The notes under the pieces: generated by a model
Seen by the model: only the letters and a program-made list of their open reading frames with translations
Told to the model about the DNA's origin: nothing
Databases searched by the model: none
Shown here: positions 11,851-21,592 of the stretch, piece after piece
How positions within the stretch are numbered: the stretch's first letter is position 1
Layout of the letters: every line of letters starts with the position of its first letter
Position numbers and translations under genes: made by a program
Assembly: GCF_000400465.1 (NCBI RefSeq)
Contig: NW_008806284.1
Location: 144,001 to 206,000 of the forward strand
Direction: 5' to 3'
Length of the DNA stretch: 62,000 nt
Source: Wallemia ichthyophaga EXF-994
Lineage: Eukaryota; Fungi; Basidiomycota

Positions 11851-13347
11851 TTAAAACTCGTACAATTCTGGTTTATCTGACTGGAATGCGACTCTCCTGG
11901 GGCCTTTAGAGGGGGCTTTAGAGGGAGGAAAGGTGACTTTGGGAGTGTTCTGTGTGTTCTGTGTGTTGTGTGTATTCTGTGTGTGTGCTTGAGCACCGCC
12001 CTCTATTTGCACACTACCGTCATCATGAGTGCACTCACTGCTATGAATATGTTCCAAGTGCTCGTGCTCATGCAGCTGCTCCTGCTGCTCCTCCATCTCC
12101 TGCTCATTAGCCCGTTTAACTCTCTCACTAGTATCCTGCACACCAGCAGCGGATTTGCTTGGAGTGGTACGTCTCTCGCCGACGCCACCCTCAACATCGA
12201 GATGAAGAGTCTCAATGACAAGGCGCCTTCTACGCAACTTAAAAGCTAGGTTATTATCACCGGCCACGAGTCCACCCCGCAAAACGCTATGGCGGTCACT
12301 AGGTGCCGTCAGAGCGTGCACAGCAGGGCGGGCGAGGCAATGAAGGAGACCATGACTAGGTGCGAAAGCGCGTGCGCGATGTGGCGCATCGCTGAAACTC
12401 TCCAAAGCTACACAGCCATCTACGACATGCAGCAGCTGAGGTAACACCCCACCCACCCCCTGCAAAGTCTGCATGTGCGCGGACGTGTAGATGGTCGTGT
12501 AGGGCGTCGTGCGTGCGAGGTGGCGCAGCTTGTAGAAGAACCGATACAGCACTCCGTCGCCGTCGCTGTCACCGTACCACAGACTGCCGACGTTGCGCAC
12601 TACGATGCGCAACATGTTGGGCGCGTGTGTGTGTCCGTTTGCGTCTGCTTGCGCTTGCGTACCTGCATGGCGCTTGCAGGCTGCTTCTATGCGTGCGAGG
12701 ATGGCTGTGTAAGAACTCGCCTCGCCCTCACTCCCACTCCCACCAACATCATCGTCCACATCCACTCCCACCTCCTCCAGCAACCCGCGCTCGCGTGCGT
12801 GGGCGAGAGTGTGTGCGGGGATTGTCTGTGTGAGGTCGAAAGTACTGAGGAACGAGCTTTCGTCGCTGCCGTTACTATTGCTAGGCGTGTTGATTGAAGT
12901 TTCGAAGCGCTTCATGTGCGTGTATCGCCAAGCGATGGTGCTGTCTCCGCGGCCTTGGGTGTGCTTGGGAGTGTGAGTGTCCTCCTTATCCGAATCATTT
13001 TCCTGCTCTTGCTGCTGCTCCTTGCCGCCCTGCTCACTCAGCGGCAACCACATGGCACTGTTCGCAGCGAGCCCGACGGAGAGGACGGCGTGTTGGGCTG
13101 CGATGCCCTGTGCTAGATAGTACCGAAGTAGAATATCGGCGTATGCGGCGTGTGGGTCCGTTTCCACAACCAGCGTGAGCGAGTGGTCACTCAGCCCTAA
13201 TCCACCTCGCCCGCCTGCGCTGCCTGTGTACACATCGTCTAGGGCCGCACTCCCACTGCTTACGTGCGCCAATCCGCTCGCTGGCGATACCTTCGTTCCC
13301 CTTATGCGCCTCGCGTGCTTCTCGTCTCGCCGTTTGAAAGAGGACAT
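11851..13347 (-). CDS. ELP4: Elongator complex subunit 4 (PAXNEB family) with low-complexity insertions
   Basis: VSSGSAALDD, VVETD..YADILLRYYLAQG, IAWRY, LAFKLRRRRLVIETLHL and C-terminal LYEF match Elp4. Start set at MSSFKRR. Confidence 0.82.
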   Translation of the reverse strand: MSSFKRRDEKHARRIRGTKVSPASGLAHVSSGSAALDDVYTGSAGGRGGLGLSDHSLTLVVETDPHAAYADILLRYYLAQGIAAQHAVLSVGLAANSAMWLPLSEQGGKEQQQEQENDSDKEDTHTPKHTQGRGDSTIAWRYTHMKRFETSINTPSNSNGSDESSFLSTFDLTQTIPAHTLAHARERGLLEEVGVDVDDDVGGSGSEGEASSYTAILARIEAACKRHAGTQAQADANGHTHAPNMLRIVVRNVGSLWYGDSDGDGVLYRFFYKLRHLARTTPYTTIYTSAHMQTLQGVGGVLPQLLHVVDGCVALESFSDAPHRARAFAPSHGLLHCLARPAVHALTAPSDRHSVLRGGLVAGDNNLAFKLRRRRLVIETLHLDVEGGVGERRTTPSKSAAGVQDTSERVKRANEQEMEEQQEQLHEHEHLEHIHSSECTHDDGSVQIEGGAQAHTQNTHNTQNTQNTPKVTFPPSKAPSKGPRRVAFQSDKPELYEF

Positions 13348-13458
13348 GGTGGTGCGGAGAGAAGACATGCACACGATTACCCAAGAGAAAGACAAAGAGA
13401 ATAAGAATAGAATATGAATAAGAAATGAATATATCTACTGCAACTGCACTGCAACTGC

Positions 13459-14562
13459 TTAAACACCCTGCAGAGAAGACGGGTGGGTCATAGCGACACC
13501 GACTTCACAGACATCCTTCAGTCTCCTGCTAACACAGTCCATCTGTCCCTGCAAGACGAGGCTGGGCAGTTTAGTTGGTTCTTGGGGGAGTTTGAAAGCG
13601 CGTGCAATGTCAGCCTCACTGAGAGCACCGAGTCCCTGGCTAGCACGCTGTTGCTGCAGCTTGCTAATTTGACCCTCAACCTTGCTCCTCTCTCTGAGTG
13701 CGTGTCTGTGGGCGAAAGCGAGCTGCGACTGCTCGTCTCTGTACGCATCGACGCTGTCGACCAGGCTGTCTACGTTGCCCTGCAGTGGGGACTCGAGGTT
13801 GATCTCAAGTGTTTTGGAGGGGTTGCGGGCGAGAGTGGTGCGTTTGTCCAAGTGTTGAGCATGAGGAGTGGCCAGGGACTGTACATACGCGCTGGTCAGC
13901 GCCGACGCCTTGATTTCCACGGGAAACTCGATGAGGATTTGGTGGAAAGTGAGCTGGTTCTCGGTAAGACACCTCTCAGTGAACTGGTTATTGCGAAGAG
14001 CGTGAACAAAGTGCTCAGCAAGTCTGTATGCTCTGAGGTTGAGATTGCCGTTGCGAGCGGAAGATTGGTCGTACACCAATACGAAGCCCTTGTTCTTGCC
14101 GAGACCACTGAGGAGTGGCGCGTAGCTGATTAGAGTCTCGCTAATGGTGGCACCATACTCTACAGCCATGTACACAGCGACAGGCTGGTCATCGAGGTCA
14201 GCGTCGTGGAGGTTACGACACATTTTGGCGTTGTATTGGTTGCGCAGAATTTTGGCTTTGCGCTCGTCTTCTTCGGAAGAGCCGAGGAATGGCTGGTAGG
14301 AGGGGAAGGCGTTGGAAATCTCGAGCGTCTGGAGTAAATCGAGGCCGAGACAAATGCCGGTGGAGCTTGTACCGGCTTCAGAGGCATGTTTGGCAATCTT
14401 GGACAGAGCGAGGCTGTCGACGGAGATTTTGTCGACAGGTGCAGAATCGTGGACAGCGTTCTGGAGATGAAGAGGAAGAGATATGCGGTGATCGTTGTCG
14501 TGTTGAGCAGCCAAAGCATTCTGCGAGGCTTCTTTCGCGGCGAGTCTCGAGGCTAACGACAT
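13459..14562 (-). CDS. eIF3h: Translation initiation factor eIF3 subunit H (MPN domain)
   Basis: VDSLALSKIAKH, GICLGLD..LEISNAFP, LVYDQS, LNLRAYRL, and C-terminal coiled region LPQEPTKL. Confidence 0.88.
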   Translation of the reverse strand: MSLASRLAAKEASQNALAAQHDNDHRISLPLHLQNAVHDSAPVDKISVDSLALSKIAKHASEAGTSSTGICLGLDLLQTLEISNAFPSYQPFLGSSEEDERKAKILRNQYNAKMCRNLHDADLDDQPVAVYMAVEYGATISETLISYAPLLSGLGKNKGFVLVYDQSSARNGNLNLRAYRLAEHFVHALRNNQFTERCLTENQLTFHQILIEFPVEIKASALTSAYVQSLATPHAQHLDKRTTLARNPSKTLEINLESPLQGNVDSLVDSVDAYRDEQSQLAFAHRHALRERSKVEGQISKLQQQRASQGLGALSEADIARAFKLPQEPTKLPSLVLQGQMDCVSRRLKDVCEVGVAMTHPSSLQGV

Positions 14563-14606
14563 GATGGATGGTTGTGGTTAACGTTCAAGGGGAAAGAGAA
14601 ATAAAA

Positions 14607-15309
14607 ATGGAATTATCAAAGGAGGAATATGACAGTGAGCAGATCAGGTGGGTTGGCTGTGTCTTTATCGGTGGTCTTCTCTGATTGGTCAAGGCTTATG
14701 GAGGAACGGTGCATACTGCTCAACCCAGATGATTCAATTGCTGGGGATGTTTCAAAGAAGGAATGTCATCTCATGTCGAATATAGAGAAAGGAATGCTTC
14801 ATAGGGCTTTCTCAACTTTCTTATTCCGAGAGAGTGATGGCAGGTTACTCATGCAGAAACGTGCCCAAGAGAAGATAACTTTCCCTGGTTTATGGACAAA
14901 CACCTGCTGTAGTCATCCACTCAGCGTTGTTAGCGAGATGGATGGCGTTCTCGGCGGCAAAAGAGCAGCAGTTAGAAAGTTAGATCATGAATTGGGGATT
15001 AACCAGATCAACGTCGATGACCTCGACTTCCTCACTAAAATTCACTACTTGGCGCCTTCAGATGGCCTTTGGGGGGAACATGAGATTGACTACATATACT
15101 TTGTCAAGAAAGATGTCTCTGTGGAGGTGAATGAAAACGAAGTCAGTGATATTAGATGGGTTAGCGTGGATGAGTTGAAGGAGATGCTGTCAGATGGTTA
15201 CTCCCAGTTCACCCCATGGTTTAGGATTATCGTTGAAAATTTTCTATTCAAGTGGTGGGAGAAAGGGGCAGAAGCCAGTCAAGATGGTTTGTTACACCGA
15301 CTCATTTAA
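14607..15309 (+). CDS. IDI1: Isopentenyl-diphosphate delta-isomerase type 1 (intron 14648-14693)
   Basis: MELSKEEYDSEQIR|LMEERCIL, LHRAFS, WTNTCCSHP, WGEHEIDY, FTPWF. Confidence 0.96.
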
Positions 15310-15645
15310 GAAGTTTGAAATGTGATTGAGTAGTTTTGAGGAAGTGTTTGTCGTTGTGATGTAATCTTGGTTGTTGTTCTCCGTAGTGTGGTTGGTTGTA
15401 GTGGGGAGATGATCAACCAACACCTTGAATTGGTTAGACTGTTTAATCAAATCGGTTGTGAGTTCGAATATGGCTGAGTGTAGTTCATTCTCATTTAATT
15501 GATTTGGGTTGCTGTGAGTAATATCAAATTCTTGGTTTACTTGTTTAAACTGCGATTTATCTGTAGCGAAATTGATTGTTGAGTAGATGACCATTATAAT
15601 ACTATCCAGTGTGAGCTGCATCTGCGTCAGTCTGTCCATTTCCAT
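15292..15645 (-). CDS. MED21: Mediator subunit 21 (Srb7)-like
   Basis: MDRLTQMQ..LD, 'ELTTDLIKQSNQFKVLVDHLP' match Med21 helices; the C-terminus is short and divergent. Confidence 0.78.
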   Translation of the reverse strand: MEMDRLTQMQLTLDSIIMVIYSTINFATDKSQFKQVNQEFDITHSNPNQLNENELHSAIFELTTDLIKQSNQFKVLVDHLPTTTNHTTENNNQDYITTTNTSSKLLNHISNFLNESV

Positions 15646-15682
15646 TTTATACGTTGATGATGGCTGTTGGTTGTCAACGTCG

Positions 15683-16873
15683 ATGAGCCTCTTACCTCAT
15701 AACGCTTTCTACAACGCATCGAGGTATCGTAACAGCAATTCCATAAAGCTAGCTGGCTTGACTGGCGGTGATCTTGATATCCGTGGTGATAGTGATGGCG
15801 ACACACACACACAAACAACCGCACCAACTCACCCTGCCATCTCCACTACCACCGCGACCCGTTCCCTTTCTTCTGTTTCTTCTACTCCCCCTCCAGACTT
15901 CTCTAGCTCCCCTCGAACCATCCCCATCCGCAGAAACAACCGTCTTCTGCGCAACTACCAGCTATCCCCCGCCAATCTACGTTTCTGTTGCTCTGGCCAT
16001 ATTGTTACCAGCAAAGACAACCCAATTCCCTTCATCTGTTCCATTTTCCTCGTTTTGGCCATCCCCGCTGTCTTCTTTGGTCGGATAGGCGTTGACTTAT
16101 GGTACACGCTCTCCCCCGCCGTACCTATCATAGCTGCGTATTTAACCCTTTTAGTCTGGTGCTCCATGTTCAAAACTGCCTTTGCAGATCCAGGTGTTCT
16201 ACCCGTCGACATTGACAAGAACGCTGTCGACACATTCCCCCGCGATGTTTCTCTGCGCCATACGCATTTCCTCTCACTCAAATACTGCGAAACGTGCCAC
16301 ATATATCGCCCTCCACGCGCGAGTCACTGTCGTCTCTGCAACAGCTGCGTCGACGGTATAGACCACCACTGCTCCTTCCTCAACATATGCATAGGACGAC
16401 GCAACTACCCGTCTTTCCTAACTTTCTGCGGTCTGACAGTGGTGACACTCGCTTACTACACCGCCTTCGCTGCGGTGCACCTCTACCAACTTACGCAGGA
16501 CACGCGCGTGTCGACCTCGCAGTCCTTCGGTGGGGCATTGCGTCAGGATCCCGCTAGTGCCGTCGTGTTCGTAGTTGCAATACTCTTTCTCATTCCCCTC
16601 GCTTTCCTTCTCGCTTACCACGCACGTCTCACTCTCATCAATAGCACCACTATCGAACAGCTTCGAGAGAAGGCTGTCGATAGGGCTAGGAAGGATGGTG
16701 AGCTAGGAGGTGGAGGTGAGAACCCATTTGTTGGTGACGATTCTAACCCTTTTTCCCTTGGCCCTGTCGCTAATGTCCAGTGGATGGCTTTTCGCCCTGG
16801 CTCCAATTATTCCCATGCACGCTTCTCGGCGGTTGCTCAACGCGATGCTAGAAGGGGTGGTGGAGGTGTTTAA
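15683..16873 (+). CDS. ERF2: DHHC palmitoyltransferase, ERF2/ZDHHC9-like
   Basis: KYCETCHIYRPPRASHCRLCNSCVDGIDHHCSFLNICIGRRNY, DPG motif, TTIE motif, four TM segments. ATG 15683 is preferred over 15587, which overlaps MED21. Confidence 0.9.
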   Translation: MSLLPHNAFYNASRYRNSNSIKLAGLTGGDLDIRGDSDGDTHTQTTAPTHPAISTTTATRSLSSVSSTPPPDFSSSPRTIPIRRNNRLLRNYQLSPANLRFCCSGHIVTSKDNPIPFICSIFLVLAIPAVFFGRIGVDLWYTLSPAVPIIAAYLTLLVWCSMFKTAFADPGVLPVDIDKNAVDTFPRDVSLRHTHFLSLKYCETCHIYRPPRASHCRLCNSCVDGIDHHCSFLNICIGRRNYPSFLTFCGLTVVTLAYYTAFAAVHLYQLTQDTRVSTSQSFGGALRQDPASAVVFVVAILFLIPLAFLLAYHARLTLINSTTIEQLREKAVDRARKDGELGGGGENPFVGDDSNPFSLGPVANVQWMAFRPGSNYSHARFSAVAQRDARRGGGGV

Positions 16874-16901
16874 GTGTGGCTCTAGCTGCTCTGGTTACTT
16901 T

Positions 16902-16958
16902 CATTACCCTGATTACACTCATTACCCTCATTACCCTCACCAACCCACTCATTACCAT
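16902..16958. repeat. Degenerate 9-mer tandem repeat (CATTACCCT) downstream of ERF2
   Basis: cattaccct-gattacact-cattaccct-cattaccct-...-cattaccat is directly visible. Confidence 0.75.
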
Positions 16959-17123
16959 AGAATTGTACTATCTATATCTGCGATACCTACCATTCCTACA
17001 CTAATACAACATTTAATGCGCAATAACCCAAAATTAAAATTTGCTACATCGCGTCATAGGAGATTGACGCGTCGCGTCGCGCGTTGACCAACACAACGAA
17101 AGAAGCGAGAGAAAGGGGGAAGA

Positions 17124-18002
17124 ATGAGCGAGAAGGCAGTAAACGCGAACAGCAACAATAGCGCCATCAACTACGCAAATTATGCATCAGAATTCCTCAC
17201 GTGCCATCTAGGCTACACGCCGCTGGCGCTAGTGGACGACTATGTGAACCACTTCAATGAGCCGGTGGGGGGGATAATGGATGCGATAGAAGATTTCTTC
17301 GTTGCGCTGCTAGCTGAGCAGGGGCTGGACCTCGATGGGGATGGGCGCGTACAGGGCGAGGTGCGCGCGGGCATACACCGTCTTCAAACCCTCCTCGAGC
17401 ATCTAATCGATAAGAACGTAGACAAACTCGAGATATACCTCCTCCGCAACATCCTCACTCTCCCCTCTGAGCTCGCGTGCGTTCCCACCGCGTTTCTCCC
17501 TCACTACCGGGAGCTGGATCTGGAGGCGGCGGGCCAAGGCGCAGACGACCACGATTCCGACACAAACGCGCTGGAAATAAGCCTGGATGGCAAACGGGGC
17601 GAATTGGCTAGGCTGGAGAAGATTAACCGGCGTTTACGCGCAGTCGAGAGGGGGAAGAAGCGCACTGTGGATCGCTCGCTTGCTCAATCTACCCACCGTA
17701 AAGCCCTCCTCGCCCAACTAGCAAGCGTCGCCGACAGACACGTCACCCTCGCTGCTAATGTCCGCTCCATGCATAGCTCCCACCTCCTCCTCAAGGATGC
17801 TGAGCCATTTGGTGTCGTTTTGGGTGGTGCGCAGGATCCACAGGATTCACAGCACTCCTCCCATCCCTGGCAATCCGGTCGCATCGGCTACCTTAATTGG
17901 CAGACTAGCCGGCTCGTGAGCGACGAAGGCGTCGGGTTCGTCAAGGGCCAGCTCGAGCACGTCGCTGCAGTTGGCGATTTACAGCGGTTGCTCGGTGTTT
18001 GA
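17124..18002 (+). CDS. MIS12: Kinetochore protein Mis12/Mtw1
   Basis: FLTCHLGYTPLALVDDYVN, GIHRLQTLLEHLIDKNVDKLEIYLLRNILTLP (Mis12 domain), followed by a coiled coil. Confidence 0.85.
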   Translation: MSEKAVNANSNNSAINYANYASEFLTCHLGYTPLALVDDYVNHFNEPVGGIMDAIEDFFVALLAEQGLDLDGDGRVQGEVRAGIHRLQTLLEHLIDKNVDKLEIYLLRNILTLPSELACVPTAFLPHYRELDLEAAGQGADDHDSDTNALEISLDGKRGELARLEKINRRLRAVERGKKRTVDRSLAQSTHRKALLAQLASVADRHVTLAANVRSMHSSHLLLKDAEPFGVVLGGAQDPQDSQHSSHPWQSGRIGYLNWQTSRLVSDEGVGFVKGQLEHVAAVGDLQRLLGV

Positions 18003-18135
18003 GAGGGATGTACTATGTCGTATTCGCTAGACTGCTAGATTGTAACATGATTGCTTGAGATTGTTGTATGTATTTATAACTTTATTTGATTACATTTGAT
18101 TCTGTTCATCTGTAGCCCGAGTTTTATCTATCGTA

Positions 18136-19626
18136 ATGACGCCGACGCCGACGCCGACTCGAAAACGGAAAGCACCGCCCGGTCCACTCTACGTGGTGCG
18201 CTCACACGAGCACAGCGTCACGCAGGTATCGCTCGCGCCCACAGCGCACCACCTCGTCAGCGGGGATGACGGGGGAGGTGTGTGCATCACGTCTCTGCGC
18301 ACCATGCGCTGCGTGCGGCAATGGGCGGCTCACAGCGACAGTGTCCTCACTTTGCAGTGGCTAGATAACTACACGCTTCTCTCACACGGCCGAGATAATC
18401 TGGTTAAGGTTTGGAGCGTGTCTGGGGCGTGCGGTGACAGCGACGACAACAACGACAACAACGACAGCGACGACACATACACTCCACCTCCCCTAACGCA
18501 CGAGTTTCACGTCAATGCACTCAATTTTTGTAATGTCAGTGCGTGCACGGTGCAGACACAGACACATGCACAGACACAGGCACAAACGCTCTGGGTAGCA
18601 GCTCCACATCTGGCAGATTCAGCGAGGGTGAGTGCCAAGTGCCAAGTGCTAAATGGGCACAGCGAGCACTCTGACGGAGACGCGCACACGCAAGCACATA
18701 CTCACACACGCTCACACACGCACAGATTGATGTCTGGGAGTTACCATCGACGAAACGCGTACACCGCTCCATTGGTGTGGGTGAAATTAGCCACTTTCAC
18801 TATCCAGACGGTCGCGGCGAAGCTAAGACAGGTGGGTGAAGTGTTGGAGTGGTTGAGCGGCTTTGCGAGGCGCATCTCACCCTTTCCTCGCATTTTATAT
18901 CTCACCCTCTCTCCACAGGTCTCTGCATGGCGCTGGAGATGTATGAATATAGTCAGTGTCGGCAGCACGAGCAAGAGCAGGAGCACACACCCTCTCTCAG
19001 ACTGCTGGCGGCTTACGAAGACGGCAGCTTGGTGCTTTTTGAACTGGGTCACTCTCGCTGGATCCAGCTCTGGCGCGTGCGTTTGCACAACGAGGCTAGT
19101 AAGTGGGGCTGTTATCAGCCGAGCTGAGCTGAGCGTCTTGGCGCCGTTGCTGACTTCTCGCTCAGTCATGGACTTGTGCGTCACAAGCGATAAGCGTTAC
19201 GCGTATACTGTCAGTGTCGATAGGTGTGTTGCCAAGTATGATTTGAGGGATGGGCGAGATGTGCAAGACGTGCAAAGGGTGCCAAAGGTGCAGCATAAAC
19301 AAAGCACTTCAGAGATACCCCTCGCAACCCCTCTCACACACTCCTACACCACCAAATCGAATGGCCATTCGAGCATTAGCGTGCGCATGGATGGGAGGGT
19401 GCTCGCTGTTGGCTGCTGGAACGGTAGTGTCGAGCTGTATTCAACCAAAAGCATGAAACTCGTTGGTGTACTGGATATGCATCGCCAGTCTGTGTCAGCG
19501 TTGACCTTTTCGACTGTCAACTCACGTGATATACTTGATGACGGCATTATTGAGGCTCCTCTAAACGCACTTCTAGTCACTGGTGGTCGTGATGAGCGGG
19601 TAGCTATCTACGAGATTGACTTGTGA
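18136..19626 (+). CDS. ASA1: ASTRA-associated WD40 protein 1 (GNB1L-like); introns 18628-18725, 18832-18918, 19099-19165; 412 aa spliced
   Basis: P.PLYVVRSH, HGRDN, FHVNALNFC; the spliced middle gives IDVWELP..GLCMAL..LLAAYEDGSLVLF; the C-terminus has AVGCWNG and GGRDERVAIYE. Confidence 0.85.
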   Translation: MTPTPTPTRKRKAPPGPLYVVRSHEHSVTQVSLAPTAHHLVSGDDGGGVCITSLRTMRCVRQWAAHSDSVLTLQWLDNYTLLSHGRDNLVKVWSVSGACGDSDDNNDNNDSDDTYTPPPLTHEFHVNALNFCNVSACTVQTQTHAQTQAQTLWVAAPHLADSARVSAKCQVLNGHSEHSDGDAHTQAHTHTRSHTHRLMSGSYHRRNAYTAPLVWVKLATFTIQTVAAKLRQVGEVLEWLSGFARRISPFPRILYLTLSPQVSAWRWRCMNIVSVGSTSKSRSTHPLSDCWRLTKTAAWCFLNWVTLAGSSSGACVCTTRLVSGAVISRAELSVLAPLLTSRSVMDLCVTSDKRYAYTVSVDRCVAKYDLRDGRDVQDVQRVPKVQHKQSTSEIPLATPLTHSYTTKSNGHSSISVRMDGRVLAVGCWNGSVELYSTKSMKLVGVLDMHRQSVSALTFSTVNSRDILDDGIIEAPLNALLVTGGRDERVAIYEIDL

Positions 19627-19671
19627 ACGCTGAAAGATGTAAAATATGTATGTGAATATGTACAGGTATCC

Positions 19672-19728
19672 ATGTGTCCATGAGTGAATGTGTCCATGAG
19701 TGAATGTGTGTGTGTGTGTGTGCGTGTG
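19672..19728. repeat. 16-nt direct repeat x2 (ATGTGTCCATGAGTGA) followed by a (TG)n microsatellite
   Basis: Directly visible in the convergent gap between ASA1 and the next gene. Confidence 0.85.
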
Positions 19729-19798
19729 TTGTGGTTGTTGACCGTCGTCTATTGGGAGTCCTGGAAAAGTGAGACAAAGATATAAAAACCACGTCAAA

Positions 19799-20328
19799 TT
19801 AATGTATCTCGTCATGCGAGTTCTGGCTGCTTCTTAGCAGATTGGATTGAGAGTGGTTGTTGTTGTTGCCGAATAGCGGTGCCACAAATTCATCGAGGAG
19901 GAGAGTGGAGTTGGGTCTAGTAGGTGAGTAGAGTGTTTCTGGTCTCGGGAGGTAGTTGTTGTCCGTTTTGATACGCGGGAGTGGCCTCGGTAGTCGTTGC
20001 TCGAGGTCAATAGCGCTGTCTTTGCTGTGCTCACTCCCGTCGCTGCCCTTCTCCACCACCTCTTCCACATTCTCGCGCCTGGTATTTGGTTTCCTCTTGT
20101 TGAAGCCGCGATAGAAGTTGTCTGGATCTGATGCATGTTAGCATAGCGGCCAACATAATTCGCCTGATACTCACAATACGACTGACTGTCCTTATGGTGC
20201 TTCGGCGTGCGCTTGACATATTGCTGCACGCCCCACATTACCAACATCAGAAAGAGGAGGATACCTACGATAATAGCAACAATTATCGCGGGGAAGTACT
20301 TGTTGTCTGGATTTGTCACGTCGCCCAT
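19799..20328 (-). CDS. Uncharacterised single-pass membrane protein, 160 aa (intron 20128-20174)
   Basis: Exon 1 has a strong TM segment (PAIIVAIIVGILLFLMLVMWGV) then basic residues; a GTGAGT...CTAAC...CAG intron joins it in frame to ORF 19799-20068. Confidence 0.7.
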
Positions 20329-20665
20329 TTAATTTATCAATGCAACTTGGACGCACGCTCTTGAGGACGTGAATATCGGACGCGGTAATTGGTAATTTTT
20401 TTGACAAAAAGCGTATTTCAGCGGCTGTAGAGTGGTTTAGGGTGTTATTGACAGTTTATTTGTACTATACGCGTGCTTTCCATTCGGGGCTTTTTGGAAA
20501 TTTGTTTGGCTAAAAATGGAAGGCGGTGATCTACACGCGGATATAAACGCTAATCTATGCGCTGACCACTTCCACTCAATACTTTTCCATCTTTGAGGAC
20601 ATGAGGACGCCGCCTTAACTTTGTAACTGAATTGGATCGGTGTCAGTGCGTAATTGTGTGAGTGC

Positions 20666-21507
20666 ATGAATATGGACTATTATACCACGTGCAACACTCT
20701 TCTCAAGGTATTCTGGGTTCTCGGGCCATTTGCTTTATTCTACGATGCCCCATTTGGAAGATTTGGGGATGGTGCTAGCAGGTTTAGCCTGAATGGTGGG
20801 TATGGGTGTGGTTTACTCTCCTCTAACCAGCCACAGGCAGAATTACATGGTTTATAATGGAGTTGCTGTCGCCGCTGTCTTTCGTAGCAGCTGTGGGCAC
20901 TAGTGTTAGTACTCCACTCAACACCCTTCAAACCACAGCCACAGCCCTCTTCCTCGCACATTACCTCAATAGAGCTGTAATCTACCCACTTCTGAGCCCC
21001 TCTTCATCCCCATCCCACTTGCTGGTACTTGTATCTGCAGCCACATTCAACATAGCCAATGGCAGCCTGCAGGGGAAATATATAGCCGAACTAGATGTTT
21101 TTGATGGATTCGGCCGCATTGGTGTATTTGGAATACTCCTTACGCTGCTTGGATTCGCTGGAAACGTCTACCACGATTCAATACTCTTCAAGATAAAGAG
21201 GGAGTGTAACGGCGGCTATGAAATTCCCCAGCGTGGCCTATTCAAACATATCAGCTATCCAAATTACTTTTGGTGGGTGCTGTGTGTTTACCAGGTTACG
21301 TCACTAACCAACACAACCAGCGAATGGATCGAATGGTCGGGATACGCACTATTCACCCACTCTACAAGCACAAAAGATCCTCCAATCATGTTCATAATCG
21401 CTCTCCTCGCTACAATGGCCCCACGCGCATACAAAGGTCATCAGTGGTACAAATCCAACTTCAAGTACCCAGAATCGCGCAAGATTGTAATCCCGTGGCT
21501 CTTTTAA
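20666..21507 (+). CDS. 3-oxo-5-alpha-steroid 4-dehydrogenase (SRD5A/DET2-like) with two introns
   Basis: DAPFGRF, WFIMELLSP, HYLNRAVIYP, FNIANG, HDSIL, YEIPQRGLFKHISYPNYFCEWIEW after removing intron 21273-21320, RAYKGHQWY, C-terminal RKIVIPWLF. Confidence 0.88.
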
Positions 21508-21592
21508 GTGGCCACGTACAAATAAATTGATTTATCACCAAATGTCCTCTTGCACCTTTACGCCAATCATCCATCTCAACAAATCCTAAGAA

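Noticed and set aside
13483-14133. 216-aa antisense ORF over eIF3h
   Set aside because: It mirrors the real gene's codons and shows no independent coding signal.
15587-15682. N-terminal extension of the ERF2 ORF
   Set aside because: It overlaps the MED21 coding start on the other strand; ATG 15683 is more parsimonious.
16902-16958. CATTACCCT repeats as interstitial telomere or CRISPR-like array
   Set aside because: The unit is not TTAGGG/CCCTAA, is degenerate and has no spacers; the sequence is eukaryotic with no cas genes.
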